Assembly: GCA_032718475.1 (NCBI GenBank)
Contig: JAUCBJ010009104.1
Span: 9,383-73,382, forward strand
Reading direction: 5' to 3'
DNA: 64,000 bases
Origin: Nemertoderma westbladi
Taxonomy: Eukaryota > Animalia > Xenacoelomorpha
The notes below the pieces were generated by a model, which saw nothing but the letters and a program-made list of their open reading frames with translations, had not been told where the DNA came from and ran no database searches. Both the position numbers and the translations under genes were made by a program. Shown here piece by piece: positions 12,110 to 23,716 of the stretch (its first letter is position 1; every line of letters begins with the position of its first letter).

Positions 12110-15100
12110 GGTAGTACCCACAGGATTGAACCGAGTTTAACGCGACCTACGACTTCGTGGAAGGCTTGCGAGCCTACCGACCAACGGAGAGCTGTAGATC
12201 CCAGACCACAATGAACTCGACCAAGAGTAATACGCCGTACGCGAACCCGCCAACCGCCATATCCTGATGATAGCGATTCATCCAGTGATACGGAGTCGAC
12301 GGAACGGGAAATATTCCATACTGGAGCGGCGGCTGATTAGAAACGAGAGGAGAGATCGACGAATCCTTACATTGACAATCCTCCACGAGAAACACCCCTG
12401 CAGAAACCCACGTTGCAACCAGCGGAAGCGATTAGCGCCAAACAGTTCACTGAGATGGCGGACTGACTAGCTCAACTCGAAGAGCAACTCGAAGCGCAAC
12501 CATCGGATCGATCACGAACCAGCGTGGAGTTGGAACGATCTAGACAACATCGACCACCACGGAGAGAACAGGAGACTAGACAGACTCCGAACCATCGAGA
12601 AGAAGATCCCGTTAATATTTCCTACCAACGGACGATGCGCGGAAGGGAACGACTGGATGACGTAACCGAACAGGGACACGGACAGTTATACTTAGTTAGC
12701 GAGATTGCTAAGTTTGCGGCCAGACACAGATTACTGGCACAACAACCACCGAAGTTATCTGGCAACGTGAAGCACTGGTAGACTCCATAGAGTCCCAGAT
12801 CGCTAAGTGTGCTTTCACCTCGACGGAGAAGTTTAATTACTTGCTCCAAGTACTGTCTGGTGAGCCGAAACGATTAGTGGAGACCTTTATTGGTGTTCCG
12901 AATGCCTTCGAGTTGGCGTACGACCGCTTGTTTTCGATTTACGGCGGCAACGTAGCCATGGCTAAATCTATTATCGAAGACCTCTGCAGAGGAGGAAGTA
13001 TTTCGAAACTGATCGATCTTCTATGACTCGCGGACGAAATCAAGAACGCTATAGGTACTTTATGGTCCATCGGACAACTCGAATACGCCAATGCACATAA
13101 TCGGTAGACTCCATCATCGATTACGACGAGAGTGGCGACATATTGAGTATCAGCGTGAAGAGGCCGGTGGGCTATTAAAACTTACCGATGTCTACCAATT
13201 GATTTCGCGAGAGGCCATGGTTGAGACTTAATCAAACTACACTGACCACCATATAGCAGCAGAAGGAATAGCGATTGCTGCGCTGAATCGGACCAAACAA
13301 TTTCCGACGAATGCGAAAGCCGTGAGTTATGCCACCCTAACGGAAACTTCTAAAGTTCTGACGCCTATCGGAACCAAGCAGCCACAACAACTGTTGCCGG
13401 CGAATTTTGTGGGATGCCCATATTGCAAACGGAACGGCAGAAACCACAGCGGACATAAACTACGTGGATGTCGCGCCTTTAGAGAATTAGGGGTTGAAGA
13501 GAGAAGACTCCAAATTCGACCGTTAGATTCTTGATGGAGATATACCATGCCTGGACACGTCAGGAAGGATTGCCCGAGCGATGATACATGCCCTCTATGT
13601 GGACATAACCACAATGCGTTACTCCACACGAATAGTCATACTCCGACCAAACACTTTCGACGAGAGCATCCAGATAAAGTGGCTAGATGCGACGCACTTT
13701 ATAAGGAGCACGCATCATGCGAAATCCGTACGTTCTATACTGACTGTATGGATCAATCAGGATCATCGGACGAGGATGAGGAGGACGACGACACCTTTTA
13801 CGTGCATGCAGGGGAGGAACAACCATCAATAACACTCCTCACACAGAACCAATTGAAAGGGTTTAGCGTGATTCCTATAAAGATTACCGGAACCCGAGGG
13901 AGCAAGCTTATATACGCTATCCTAGGCTCTGCATCATCGCCTAGTTACGTCGACGAACAAGTAGCCGACGTAGTTACTGACATGAGTAAAGGTAAGACTG
14001 CTCAGTATACTATAAGCAGCATGCATGGTAAGAGAGCGATCCCAGTGATGAGAGTAAAATTAAGTTTAGATACTCTTCTTTCCAAAGCGGAACACAGCAA
14101 GGAGGAGTGCTCATTACTTCCAGTAAGAAATTTGACCTTTGCAGCTACGAAGGACTTTAGTAACTTGCTCGCCCTGTGCAAGAGCAATCACCAGAAGATT
14201 GTAAGCATTTCCGACACCTTGGAATACCGGAATGTACTGTTAATTATCACTCAATCGCGATGTTGATTGGGACAGACCAGTTTAACTTACATCAGGTATA
14301 CTAGACACGCCCATCTGTCATTACAGCGGGCAACCCCTACGCATGTAGAACTCCCATAGGTTGGTATACTAGAGCACCAGTGCGTTCACTAGAGGTAAGT
14401 GACCAGGAGGACGACGTTTTGAGTATGTGTACTTTACTGACTACTACGATAGATAATTCTCCTTCACACTCCTGTGGTCCAATTATACAGACTGCACTAT
14501 GACAGACTTGCGTCGCTACCACTGACGTAACTGATACTGACGTAACTGATCTGGACACGACCACATGGACCTTTGACTTACAGCTACTTGCAGCAAAACA
14601 GGTTGTATTGACTACTGAAGACCAAAGGGTTATTGCTATAGATGACTCGATGAACGAGGGTTTTGGAAGGCTTGCGAGCCTACCGAAAAATCCGAAGGTC
14701 ATTGACCCCACCCACCAGGCTTCGACACCGGTCGTTGATCTTGGAAGGCTTGCGAACCTACCGACAGATCAGAAGGTTGTCAAACCGCCTCATGACGTTT
14801 CGACGCCGACTAGTGACACCGGAAGGCTTGTGAGCCTACCAGACACATTAACATTAGGCACCACAGCGGACAAAGACGTAGACGAGGACTATGGTGCAGT
14901 GCCAGCAGCGCTTGATCGACTGCTGACTGAACAGACCATTAAATGGTTAGAACAGGACTCAGCAGAACCCGGTAGTTACGAGACCACTATGTCAGAACAG
15001 GAAAAACGGTCATAAAATATTATGAGAGATACCATTCGCCAGACCGCGAATGGCCACTACGAAGTTGGCATGTTGTGGCGCCATGGACAACCTAAGCTCG

Positions 15101-15382
15101 TTAACAACTACCCGCTTGCCTTGAGGTGATTTAAATCAATAAGGGAGCGATTGTTGCGTGATGAGATGGCCCATATGCAATACAATGTGCAACTTCAGAC
15201 GTATCTCCAAAAGGGATACGCCATTAGGATGTTAAATCCGAGGTAACCACAGATCAAACATATTACCTGCCACATCATTTTGTTCGACACCCGGACAAAC
15301 CTGGCAAGGTGCGTGTAGTCAACGACTGCGCCGCGCTTTACCAAGGGATGTCTATGAACAGCGAACTGATGGACGGGCCGAT
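12110..15382 (+). pseudogene. Element A gag C-terminus, zinc knuckles, aspartic protease and RT N-terminus (disrupted)
   Basis: PPKLSGNVKHW...QVLSGEPKRLV (DUF1759-like); CPYC...HKLRGC, GHVRKDC, CPLCGHNHNALLH; YAILGSASS (protease D replaced by G); YLPHHFV...[10 protein letters not shown] in fragments near 15260-15340. Confidence 0.85.
14655..14850 (+). repeat. Three ~78-bp tandem units between protease and RT, each with the GGAAGGCT-N4-AGCCTACC hairpin
   Basis: Motif starts at 14665, 14743 and 14821 (period 78). Confidence 0.85.
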
Positions 15383-17101
15383 ATGAATAATTACCTCATG
15401 GGAGTCCTAATGCATTTTAGACAACGCAAAGTGGCTTTCACCTGTGACGTAGAGGCCATGTTTCACGAGGTTAATGCTTTGGAGCTGGACAGGGACAGTT
15501 TAAGGTTTCTTTGGTACCCGGACAGAAACTTAGAACTTCCGCCAGAAACTTACCAAATGCAGATAAGAGTTTTCGGAGCCAGGGATAGCCCTAACTGCAC
15601 CATGTACGCCTTAAAGCAGACAGCATTGGACAGACGAGACCAATTCGACCCAGAAGTAGCTTGGACAGTAGAACGAGACTTCTACGTGGATGATGGCCTC
15701 AAGAGTTGTGACACTCTGGAGCGTGCTACAACAGTAGCGCACCAACTCCAAGATTGTCTCGCCGAGGGTGGATTTCGCCTCACGAAGTTCGCTTCCAACG
15801 AACCCGAACTAGTAAACTCATTTGACCCAACGGATCGCAGTGGAGGAGACTTGGACTTAGACCTAGAACCTCTACCTACGACCAAGGTATTAGGACTTAG
15901 TTGGGACCCGAATACCGATAACTTTAGGGTACGTGTAAGGTCCAACAACCAGATTAGACCTCTCACTAAGAGGACTTGCTTTTCAACCATGATCCGATTG
16001 TATGACCCATTGTGTTTCATTAGTCCAGTGATCCTACACGCTAGGATCATACTCCGCAGCATTTGGCAAGCCGGACTGGAATGGGACGACCCCATCCCAG
16101 AAAAGTTAGCTGAGCAATGGAGGGACTGGGAAGCCCAACTGACGTTCTTACAAGACTATACCATACCGGGGGTATGCTTTCCTTTGCAGACCACCTTTTC
16201 TGCCAATTTGGAGCTTCACAGCTTCAGCGACGCTAGTAAGGATGGACTGGGGGTTACTTTATACCTTAGACGACAAGTGACATCGGACAGCTACGATGTG
16301 TCTCTCGTTACTTCTAGAGCTAGAACAATGCCGTTGAAGTATATGACTGTACCTCGTGGAGAGCTGCAAGCTGGGACGATATCCACTGATATTGTCAGTT
16401 TAGTTCAACGCGAGCTGGAGGCTAACTTAAAGGTCACGTATTGGACGGATGCGATGTTGGTACTTTGGTACATAAACAACGAAACATTTAAGTTCAAGAC
16501 TTTCATAGCCAACAGACGGGCTGAAATATTGGACCGGTTGCTCAAACAAGATTGGCATCACTGTCCAGGGAAGCTGAACTCAGCTGGCATCATGTCACGG
16601 TGGATGCTACCAATTGACTTTTGTAAACCGGACAATAAATCCTTTTGGTTTAGAGGACCTGACTTCCTACAAGGACCATCGGACAAATGGCCACCGTTAT
16701 TCGACGTGACAACTAACACCATACCGGAGGGTGCCGAGATAAAAATCGACACTGTTGTCAAGTCCAAAGCGAAAGCCAACGCCAAGGTCAAGAGGAAACA
16801 AGGACGGATGAAATCTGATGACCTGGACATTAGACCTGACATTACGCCAGATGTCTCACCAGACACTCGACCTCACGTTCCATTGAATCTTTCACCGGAT
16901 GTTCCGCGGGATATTTCACCAGACATTTCACCGGATTGTTCACCAGATATCTCGCCAGATATTTCACCAGAAGCGACACCAGATTGTTTTCCAGATTATT
17001 CGCCAGATTGTTTTATGGAACTCTCGACAGATTGTCCACCGGACGTCTCGTCAGACTTCCCAACAGACATCTCGACAGACTGTCCACTATACTTTGGATG
17101 A
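15383..17101 (+). pseudogene. pol: Element A reverse transcriptase and Pao-type RNase H fragment
   Basis: DVEAMFHEV, LRFLW, FGARDSP, FYVDDGL, KVLGLSWD, YDPLCFISP, FSDAS, VPRGELQA, WTDA, WHHCPG. Confidence 0.93.
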
Positions 17102-17275
17102 GACATTCTGACAGAAGCTACGCCAGACTTTCTTTGGGACCGACGACAGGACATTTCGCTGGAATTTCCACGCTATTTCTCACCAGACATCTCACCAGAC
17201 TGTTCACCGGACGTCTCACCAGACTGTTCACCGGACGTCTCACCAGACTGTCTACTAGACTTTCCACTAGACGAC
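16820..17275 (+). repeat. 12-bp minisatellite (CCAGAYRTYTCA-like) encoding PDIS/PDCS repeats after RNase H
   Basis: Translation PDITPDVSPDTR...PDISPDCSPDISPDIS; the repeat continues past the 17101 stop in a shifted frame. Confidence 0.85.
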
Positions 17276-17403
17276 TCATTGGAAAGAAACGACGTGTGCT
17301 ATAAAGATGCAATACCCCCATTGAAGCGGACTAGTACACACCCACTAGAGTTTAACAACTTACCAAATTTGACTTCCTTGGACAACAAAGGTGTGGCCAC
17401 AGC

Positions 17404-17536
17404 TACTACTACTACTATTAGGATCAGCATGCTGCATTGCAGCTGCATTTTTAAGAATGCTGTGCCGGCTTGTCAACAAAATTGCACCGCCACAACTCCG
17501 TATCACCCATGACATTTGCTAGATCATCCGCATCTT
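17404..17536 (-). mobile_element. 5'-truncated RTE LINE 3' end with (TAG)n tail inserted in element A
   Basis: Matches 62889-63016 and 52025-52150; TSD GTGGCCACAGC at 17393-17403 and 17549-17559. Confidence 0.9.
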
Positions 17537-17809
17537 GTGGCCATCATCGTGGCCACAGCAATCACAGCTCAAGGAAAATACTTGATTTACCATCTACAGG
17601 TAAACGTGGGACTAAGGTTAGGAAGCTTACGAGTTCACAGGAACACACTAGTACTGTAGAGTTGAAACCGTTACAGCCAGTCAATTCACTGGGTGCGGAC
17701 AGTAAAGGTAAGACCGTGGAGATTAAAATACTTGAGGACTCAGACAAACCTATTGCACAAAGGGAGACACTCACCGGAAGGCCCGAGGGCCTACCAAGTC
17801 CGAACAAGT

Positions 17810-18215
17810 ATTCACACTTTGACTATACCTTACCTGATGACATCACTAACACTTACATTGACAGGATAGTAAACCTAACTAGATCATGAACTGATGTGTG
17901 CCGCAAGTTAGCATGGCTCAAACGTTTGAGACAATATGCCAGAGGCAAACGTGACTTTCCTAGAAGACTTACCTTGGAGGAAGTTGGTCTTTGTGAAGTT
18001 GGAAGTTGGTCTTTGATTAGACATTATCAATTGCGATATTTCGCACGAGAGTTCACAGCGATCAATCAGGGTAAACAGATCAAGTCTTCACCGATCTTGA
18101 GTTGGAGTCCGATAATCTATACGGGCTTACTTTGTCACAAGTCCAGACTCCAAAACATTGACTTTGCACTTGACTTTAGGTATTTGACTATCATCATACC
18201 GCAAAACCATGAGTT
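17810..18215 (+). pseudogene. Element A pre-integrase region, truncated
   Basis: RKLAWLKR...LIRHYQ...KSRLQN...IIIPQNHELT is the Pao segment before the HHCC finger; no HHCC or DDE motif follows. Confidence 0.7.
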
Positions 18216-19086
18216 GACACAGGAGAAACGGAAAGCCTTAAGCCTGTATAGGGCGTACAAGGCATACGAGAAAGGTGAGATCGAGGAGTTTGGCGGAAGG
18301 CTTGCGAGACTACCATTCTATTGGATATCCTATGATCAATCCGAACCCAAGGAGTGGGTTTCCTCCCATCAGTAACGTTTGACGATGTGTTAGAGTTTGT
18401 GGAGTTGCGTTCAGAAAATCGTACGCAACTTGCCTCCACATATTACCGACTTCAAAGAAGTTGATCACGCCCGACGGACGTGCGAGACGGTGGTCGTTTC
18501 ATTTCCCAGTATTCTAGAACCGCAGGCAACTCGAAGTAGGAGCCCAAGCCCAGTTAGAAGTCACTGATTAATCGTATAAAAGGGTGAAGGCATTGAGGAG
18601 CGAACGTTAGAGAGCGAGATTATGGAGAAAGGAAGGCTTGCGAGCCTACCGTTAGCAATCAGTGCTCAGGAGAAGATAACCAGACCAGTAGGATGAACTA
18701 TTGAGCTCATCAGGAGGACACTTTAAGACTTATTTGGAAATTATTAGCGCATTATGTTGTTTATATTTAGACTGATTTAATTTGGAGAATTTATTATGTA
18801 TATTTGTAATATATGAGAGATTATTGAGATGTTTGAAATTATTTGTTCTGATTTGTTTAATTTGATAACCGAAAGCCCTCTTTTGTATTTTATGCACTAA
18901 AGTTGACTAGTAAATTTGTATTTTGTATGTATGATGGATTGTATTTACGCCGTACCTGCAATATTAAGTATGCAATAGATAGACAGTGATTATTTTGTAT
19001 TTTAGGCCCCACTATTAGACCCAAGAGATATTTAGTCAATAGTTTGTATTTCGATTGGTGAAAACAGTCTTACTTACTGTTTTCAT

Positions 19087-19093
19087 GGAGCGG
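19087..19093 (+). promoter_or_regulatory. Polypurine tract of element A
   Basis: GGAGCGG directly before TG at 19094; same core as element B PPT GGGAGCGG at 40333-40340. Confidence 0.7.
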
Positions 19094-19224
19094 TGATGGA
19101 TTATTTCACTATTAAGTAGCATTTGTAGTGTAATGTAAAAACTTTCTAAAATCCGACGTTTTTTGATTAAATTACAGTAACGTAATATGCCTATTCATAT
19201 TGGTACACATTAATACATAGGTGA

Positions 19225-19303
19225 CTCTATTGGCGTAGTGGTCAGATGGTTAAGGCATTGGTTACATTACAGGTAGGTTACGAGTTCGAATCCCAGTCGG
19301 GAA
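19225..19303 (+). ncRNA. tRNA-derived segment / Pol III type-2 promoter inside the LTR (not an intact tRNA)
   Basis: A box TGGCGTAGTGG 19231-19241, TGGTTAAGGC D-loop-like stretch, B box GAGTTCGAATCCC 19282-19294, T-runs from 19311; anticodon arm does not fold cleanly. Confidence 0.65.
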
Positions 19304-19350
19304 ATTTGCATTTTGGGCTATTTATTTTTCGATCTGATTTGATTAGATAA

Positions 19351-19488
19351 GCCAATGAGGTGTGTATAACATGTGGAACGATGAGCTGGGCCAATAATTG
19401 GGCATAGAACATCTTATTGCTCCAATGTGAGGCCATGGAATGCTCTGGAAGGTTCTAGTGAATTCTATGTCCCAGATTTGCTATATAA
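19351..19488 (+). promoter_or_regulatory. LTR Pol II promoter: three CCAAT boxes, HSE-like array, TATA box
   Basis: CCAAT at 19352, 19391, 19422; gGAAt-gCTCt-gGAAg-gTTCt at 19437-19456; TATATAA at 19482-19488. Confidence 0.6.
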
Positions 19489-21419
19489 GGGCCGGTTTGC
19501 CTTCGGTTATCACCTTATCTTCACATTACCTAGATTTAGATTTGTTACTTTCTTGTTAAATCTTACATAAATTTGTTTGATAAATCTTTTGTAAATTACG
19601 CAAATATACTGTAAACTTTGAACATATATATTTCATCTTGTCCACCTTTGGGACAGCCAAACATTTGGGAGATGGCGCCTAAACCATTAGGCCATCAGCA
19701 ACGCAGGGAAAGATGTCCACAACACGCTAAGCGCCCACATTAGATTTGTCCACGCGCCCGTTCGAAGCATGCCCCCTTGCCATACAGCGCACACTTCGGA
19801 GGAAGGTAAGACTTTGTTTGACGCCCTTGCCCGCAGTAAGACCTATAGATCAGGGTAAGCGTGACGTGATGCTGTCCTGGGACGCCGTAAAATTTAGGAT
19901 CGAATATTTTAGACTTAGACAGGAGCAAACAAGCAAAATCCCCGGATTAACCTGTATCTCCTACAGGTGTGAACTATTGCTCTTCGTCAGTACGCGCAAG
20001 TACACTTTAGGTGCAGACAGCACAAGTTCCATAATTTGGTGATTTGCAGTACTGACAGCTCTGTACCGGTTCACTTTGTAGTTTATACATTTGCCCGCCC
20101 CTGTCTGAGCCCGAAATATTTGATCAGGCAAGGAGCAGCTTTCTGCTACCGGCACATGCTTGACCTAGGGAGGTTACTAATATACTACCGCGCCTTGCCA
20201 CGTACTGATAGGTATTGCTGCTCACCACCGCAGCAACAAAATTCTAGAATCAAATTTGTATACCAGATCAGCTAACGTACGGTAGCAATTAACAAGTATT
20301 TCTTATCTTACAACCATCATCTGGTATTTGTGCCGATCACGGGTGTAGTTACTAACACCGTAATTGCCCGGTTGAGTTGTGGATAGGAAGGAGAGAGCTT
20401 TGATGTAATTTTGTAAGTATTACGCCCTACAGAGCGCGACTAGCTTATTTTAGTACTGTAGCTAGCACCCGGTATTGTTTTTGGTCAGAAATCACCAAAA
20501 CCTAGTACGACGGTGATACACCAAAATTGTTTTATTCGTAACACACACACACTCCCTAAAACATATATACTCCCCTTCGAGACCTGCTAGCTTCTAGCTT
20601 ACTTTAGGTTACCTTTCAATAGGAAATTTTTCTGCAGTTCTACCATTCGTATTTGTAATTTTAGGAGATATTTAGTATTTAGTTTTACGGCAAGTATTTT
20701 AGATGGCATGCACCCTTTTGACTGCTTTGCCCCTGTCAGCAGTATCGTTACTTTAGGTACTAACCCCCTTTGACTGCTACCGCTTGTTAGTAGTATTGTT
20801 ACGCTAGTCTGTTAATCCACTAGCTCGTATATAAGTAAGTCGCAGCGCGGCAAGTTTACGGTATTTAGGTCCGTTAACGATAGTTAGGATTCGCTGCGCG
20901 GGGATTGTTTTCCCATGAGTTTGGTCTGTCACCATAGACTGTACATCTGCCTCACCGGTTAGAGGCCGGGTATCCTGTTTTGTCTAGTTCGCCCGGGCAT
21001 TTGACTCGCCCACGTATTAGAATAGACACCAGGCTCCGTTCCTCGCCAGTAGTAGTTTGCGTATTTAGTATCTGTTTATTTAGACACCCTGGACTGGGAT
21101 TTATTGTCAGATACTGTACGAGCCCGTATACCAGTATACACTATTAGATCTTACAGTAAGATACATCGTTACTAGGATCCGGTAAGCGGTATACTACTGA
21201 ACTTTTCAAATGAGCTATCTGGAAAAATATGGTGTTTACACTTTACAGTAAGAACTGTAATGGTCAAGATATATGTACTGGTTATTTGTACATGATATAG
21301 ATTCCACTTCCAATAAAAAATATAAAAGTTTTCTTCCGCCATTAGGCCAGGGATTACACACAAAGTCTGACGACTTATTTCCGCAGCTGCCCCCCCCCCC
21401 CCCCCCCAGAACTATTCTC

Positions 21420-21560
21420 CCCAGTACTCATTTAGCTACCATTTAAGGGTGCAAGGCAGAGAGATGCGTAGTAGCCTGGGTAGTCTCTTTAAATCATTCG
21501 TATCGAAACGAAAACTGCCCTCGGACTCATGCGGGGATCGATCCCAAGACCTCTGGAGAG
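21420..21560 (-). mobile_element. Possible degraded tRNA-derived SINE fragment
   Basis: Minus strand CCAGAGGTCTTGGGATCGATCCCCGC resembles a tRNA variable/T arm (B box); no A box or TSD seen. Confidence 0.35.
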
Positions 21561-23716
21561 AGGAATTTGGATTTTATTTATATATGCTGAAGGCATATAT
21601 GAACTTAAAGCAATAAATCTTCATCCCTCTCCAGGGGCAATTCGACGCAAATAACAGCTGATTACTCTCAAAAATAAAACTGTAACCTGATTTATTGTGT
21701 TTAGTTTATTGTTTTGGTTAAAATATCTTGCCAGTGTAACCGGCTCCTTTCCCTAAATTGAGACTTTAACATTGAGGCGGGATATTAATTCGCCAAGATG
21801 GGCTTTGCGTCCAGCCCCCCCCCCCCCCCCCCCCCTGTCTCACCGAATTACGTCTATTCCATCACATAGCGTACTAGTATGTTAAGCCTGTTTGTAACTA
21901 AGATAGGTTTGAGAGTTGCCCAGTATCCTGGATTCCATTTACTTTTTATTATTGAGCAGATGGTTTGGATTTACAGTCACCATAAATTTAAGATACACCA
22001 ATGTTTTAATCAAAATCGCTAGATTTTTATGTGCATTACTACTTTAATCTGAAACTGTGGAAATAATGTGTGGTAATAACAAGGCTTTATGGTTTTGCTT
22101 TTGGTGTTTGTAGATGGCCTTCGAATGTCATCGAAAGTAATAGATGTGCAAATATCAGGATTATTTAGGATTCAAACTTGAAGTGATTCATACTTGAATC
22201 TAAATAATGTGAATATACTGAAAGAAAAGCAGTTCATGTGGATTATAATAAATTGGCAGACTGACGGTATGCGATAAGCTGTTTGTATTTTTCATGTCTT
22301 GTTAATCTTTCGATGTTGACAAAAAATTTAATTACGGTACCGGTATAGTAGGTGTTTCTTCAAGGTTGTATATCATTTGCTTTCAAACATTGCTTACAAT
22401 GATCACTATAGTCTATAGTTCATTGTTTAATTCTATTTACATAATGTTTACAGCCCATAATTTTGCATGTAAAATAAACTAAATTTGCTTCAACGTTTCC
22501 TCTTTCAATTCTGTAGCAGTTTTGATGTGACAATTGTATTGTGACATTTTCATTGTATAATGTACTGCATTTTATGAAGTCATTACTCCTGCATCAAAAG
22601 AATCAACAGATTCGATATCTCCTCTTTTCCGACTAATAATGCATCTTATATGTAATTCAATCTCAGCTGTCGCCACAGGCTAGTGGATTAGTCTTGTGCT
22701 ACTTCCACAGGTACTTGAAGCTATCTCATGACTAACAAACAAGCCGTGCAATCAAACCATGTGGTTAATATGATCACTAATCACATAAGTTAGGATAATG
22801 TTTCCTACATAAATAGAATTTAGAGCAGCAAATTGTATTTGAGAGGAGATCAGAGAGATTTGCAAATCATATCACTGCATATCAAACTTTCCTATCTAAA
22901 TGGAATTTAGATTAACCTTTATGTGAATTGGAGATCAGGGATTGATGTTGTGGATATTTCCTTCGCATACCAATGAGTTTAATGGGATAGAAATTACTCC
23001 CAAAGGGTTAAAACCATGGAATACTAAGTACATATACCGTTCTAGTTTAACATTATTATATTACTAGTAGTTTCCCAAGGTGTTTGAGTTCGTCTGAAGT
23101 TTAGGGAATTTTGAGGCACCCGTCCCGAACGGATGTTACTGGAGGCCACGGCATGTCAGTTTTTTCGGGACATGGTGTTATGTATGCATGTATGGTGCTG
23201 CAATCGCAGTTGGACATGGCCATATCACACATAAAGGCTGAATGCAGTAGGATAATGGAGATGTTGGTTGGATGACCTTTGACAGACTGAGTGAACAGAA
23301 CAAATCTGTTATTTTCTGGACATTGCAGGAGAGAGTTGCCTAGGATGTCAGCAGGGATCGTACGGTAGTAAATTTTTGCGGTAGCGGTAACGGTATGGCT
23401 TTGTGGTAGCGGTATTTACCGTGGTAGCGGTAGTTGCGGTATCAAACAATTTAGCTGGATTAATGAAGTTAGATGCTCACTTTTTGACGACTTTTTTTTA
23501 AATTGTGGCGTTTATTTTTGTTAAATTGTTTTCTTGAATTAATAAATTTTAATTTCTTTTTGTTTTTGTTGACAGAAAATACGCTACAATTCGAATCAAT
23601 TTTTCATATATAATGTATAACTGCTGTAATGATGGGTGAAGGTTATTTTGCATATTTTTCCATATTTGCATAAGGTTATTCTTGATTTTTGAAGGTATAA
23701 AAAAAGGAAACAATAT

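Larger units (their letters stand above)
1..21208 (+). mobile_element. BEL/Pao LTR retrotransposon, element A (decayed; 5' LTR begins upstream of the window; integrase deleted)
   Basis: 1-359 aligns with 20669-21208 (3' LTR end, ...CTTTTCA). Internal gag zinc knuckles, protease, RT (YVDD) and Pao RNase H (FSDAS, ELQAG, WTDA) lie in BEL order. PPT GGAGCGG precedes TG at 19094. Confidence 0.88.
19094..21208 (+). repeat. 3' LTR of element A (~2115 bp, TG...CA)
   Basis: Start inferred from the PPT; end from loss of identity with 1-359. Only the last ~540 bp can be checked against the other LTR. Confidence 0.72.

Noticed and set aside
14655-14850. CRISPR-like array (palindromic repeat with regular spacing)
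   Set aside because: Eukaryotic retrotransposon coding context, only three units, the spacers are related to each other, and no cas genes.
19225-19303. Functional tRNA gene
   Set aside because: A and B boxes are present but acceptor and anticodon stems do not form a proper cloverleaf.
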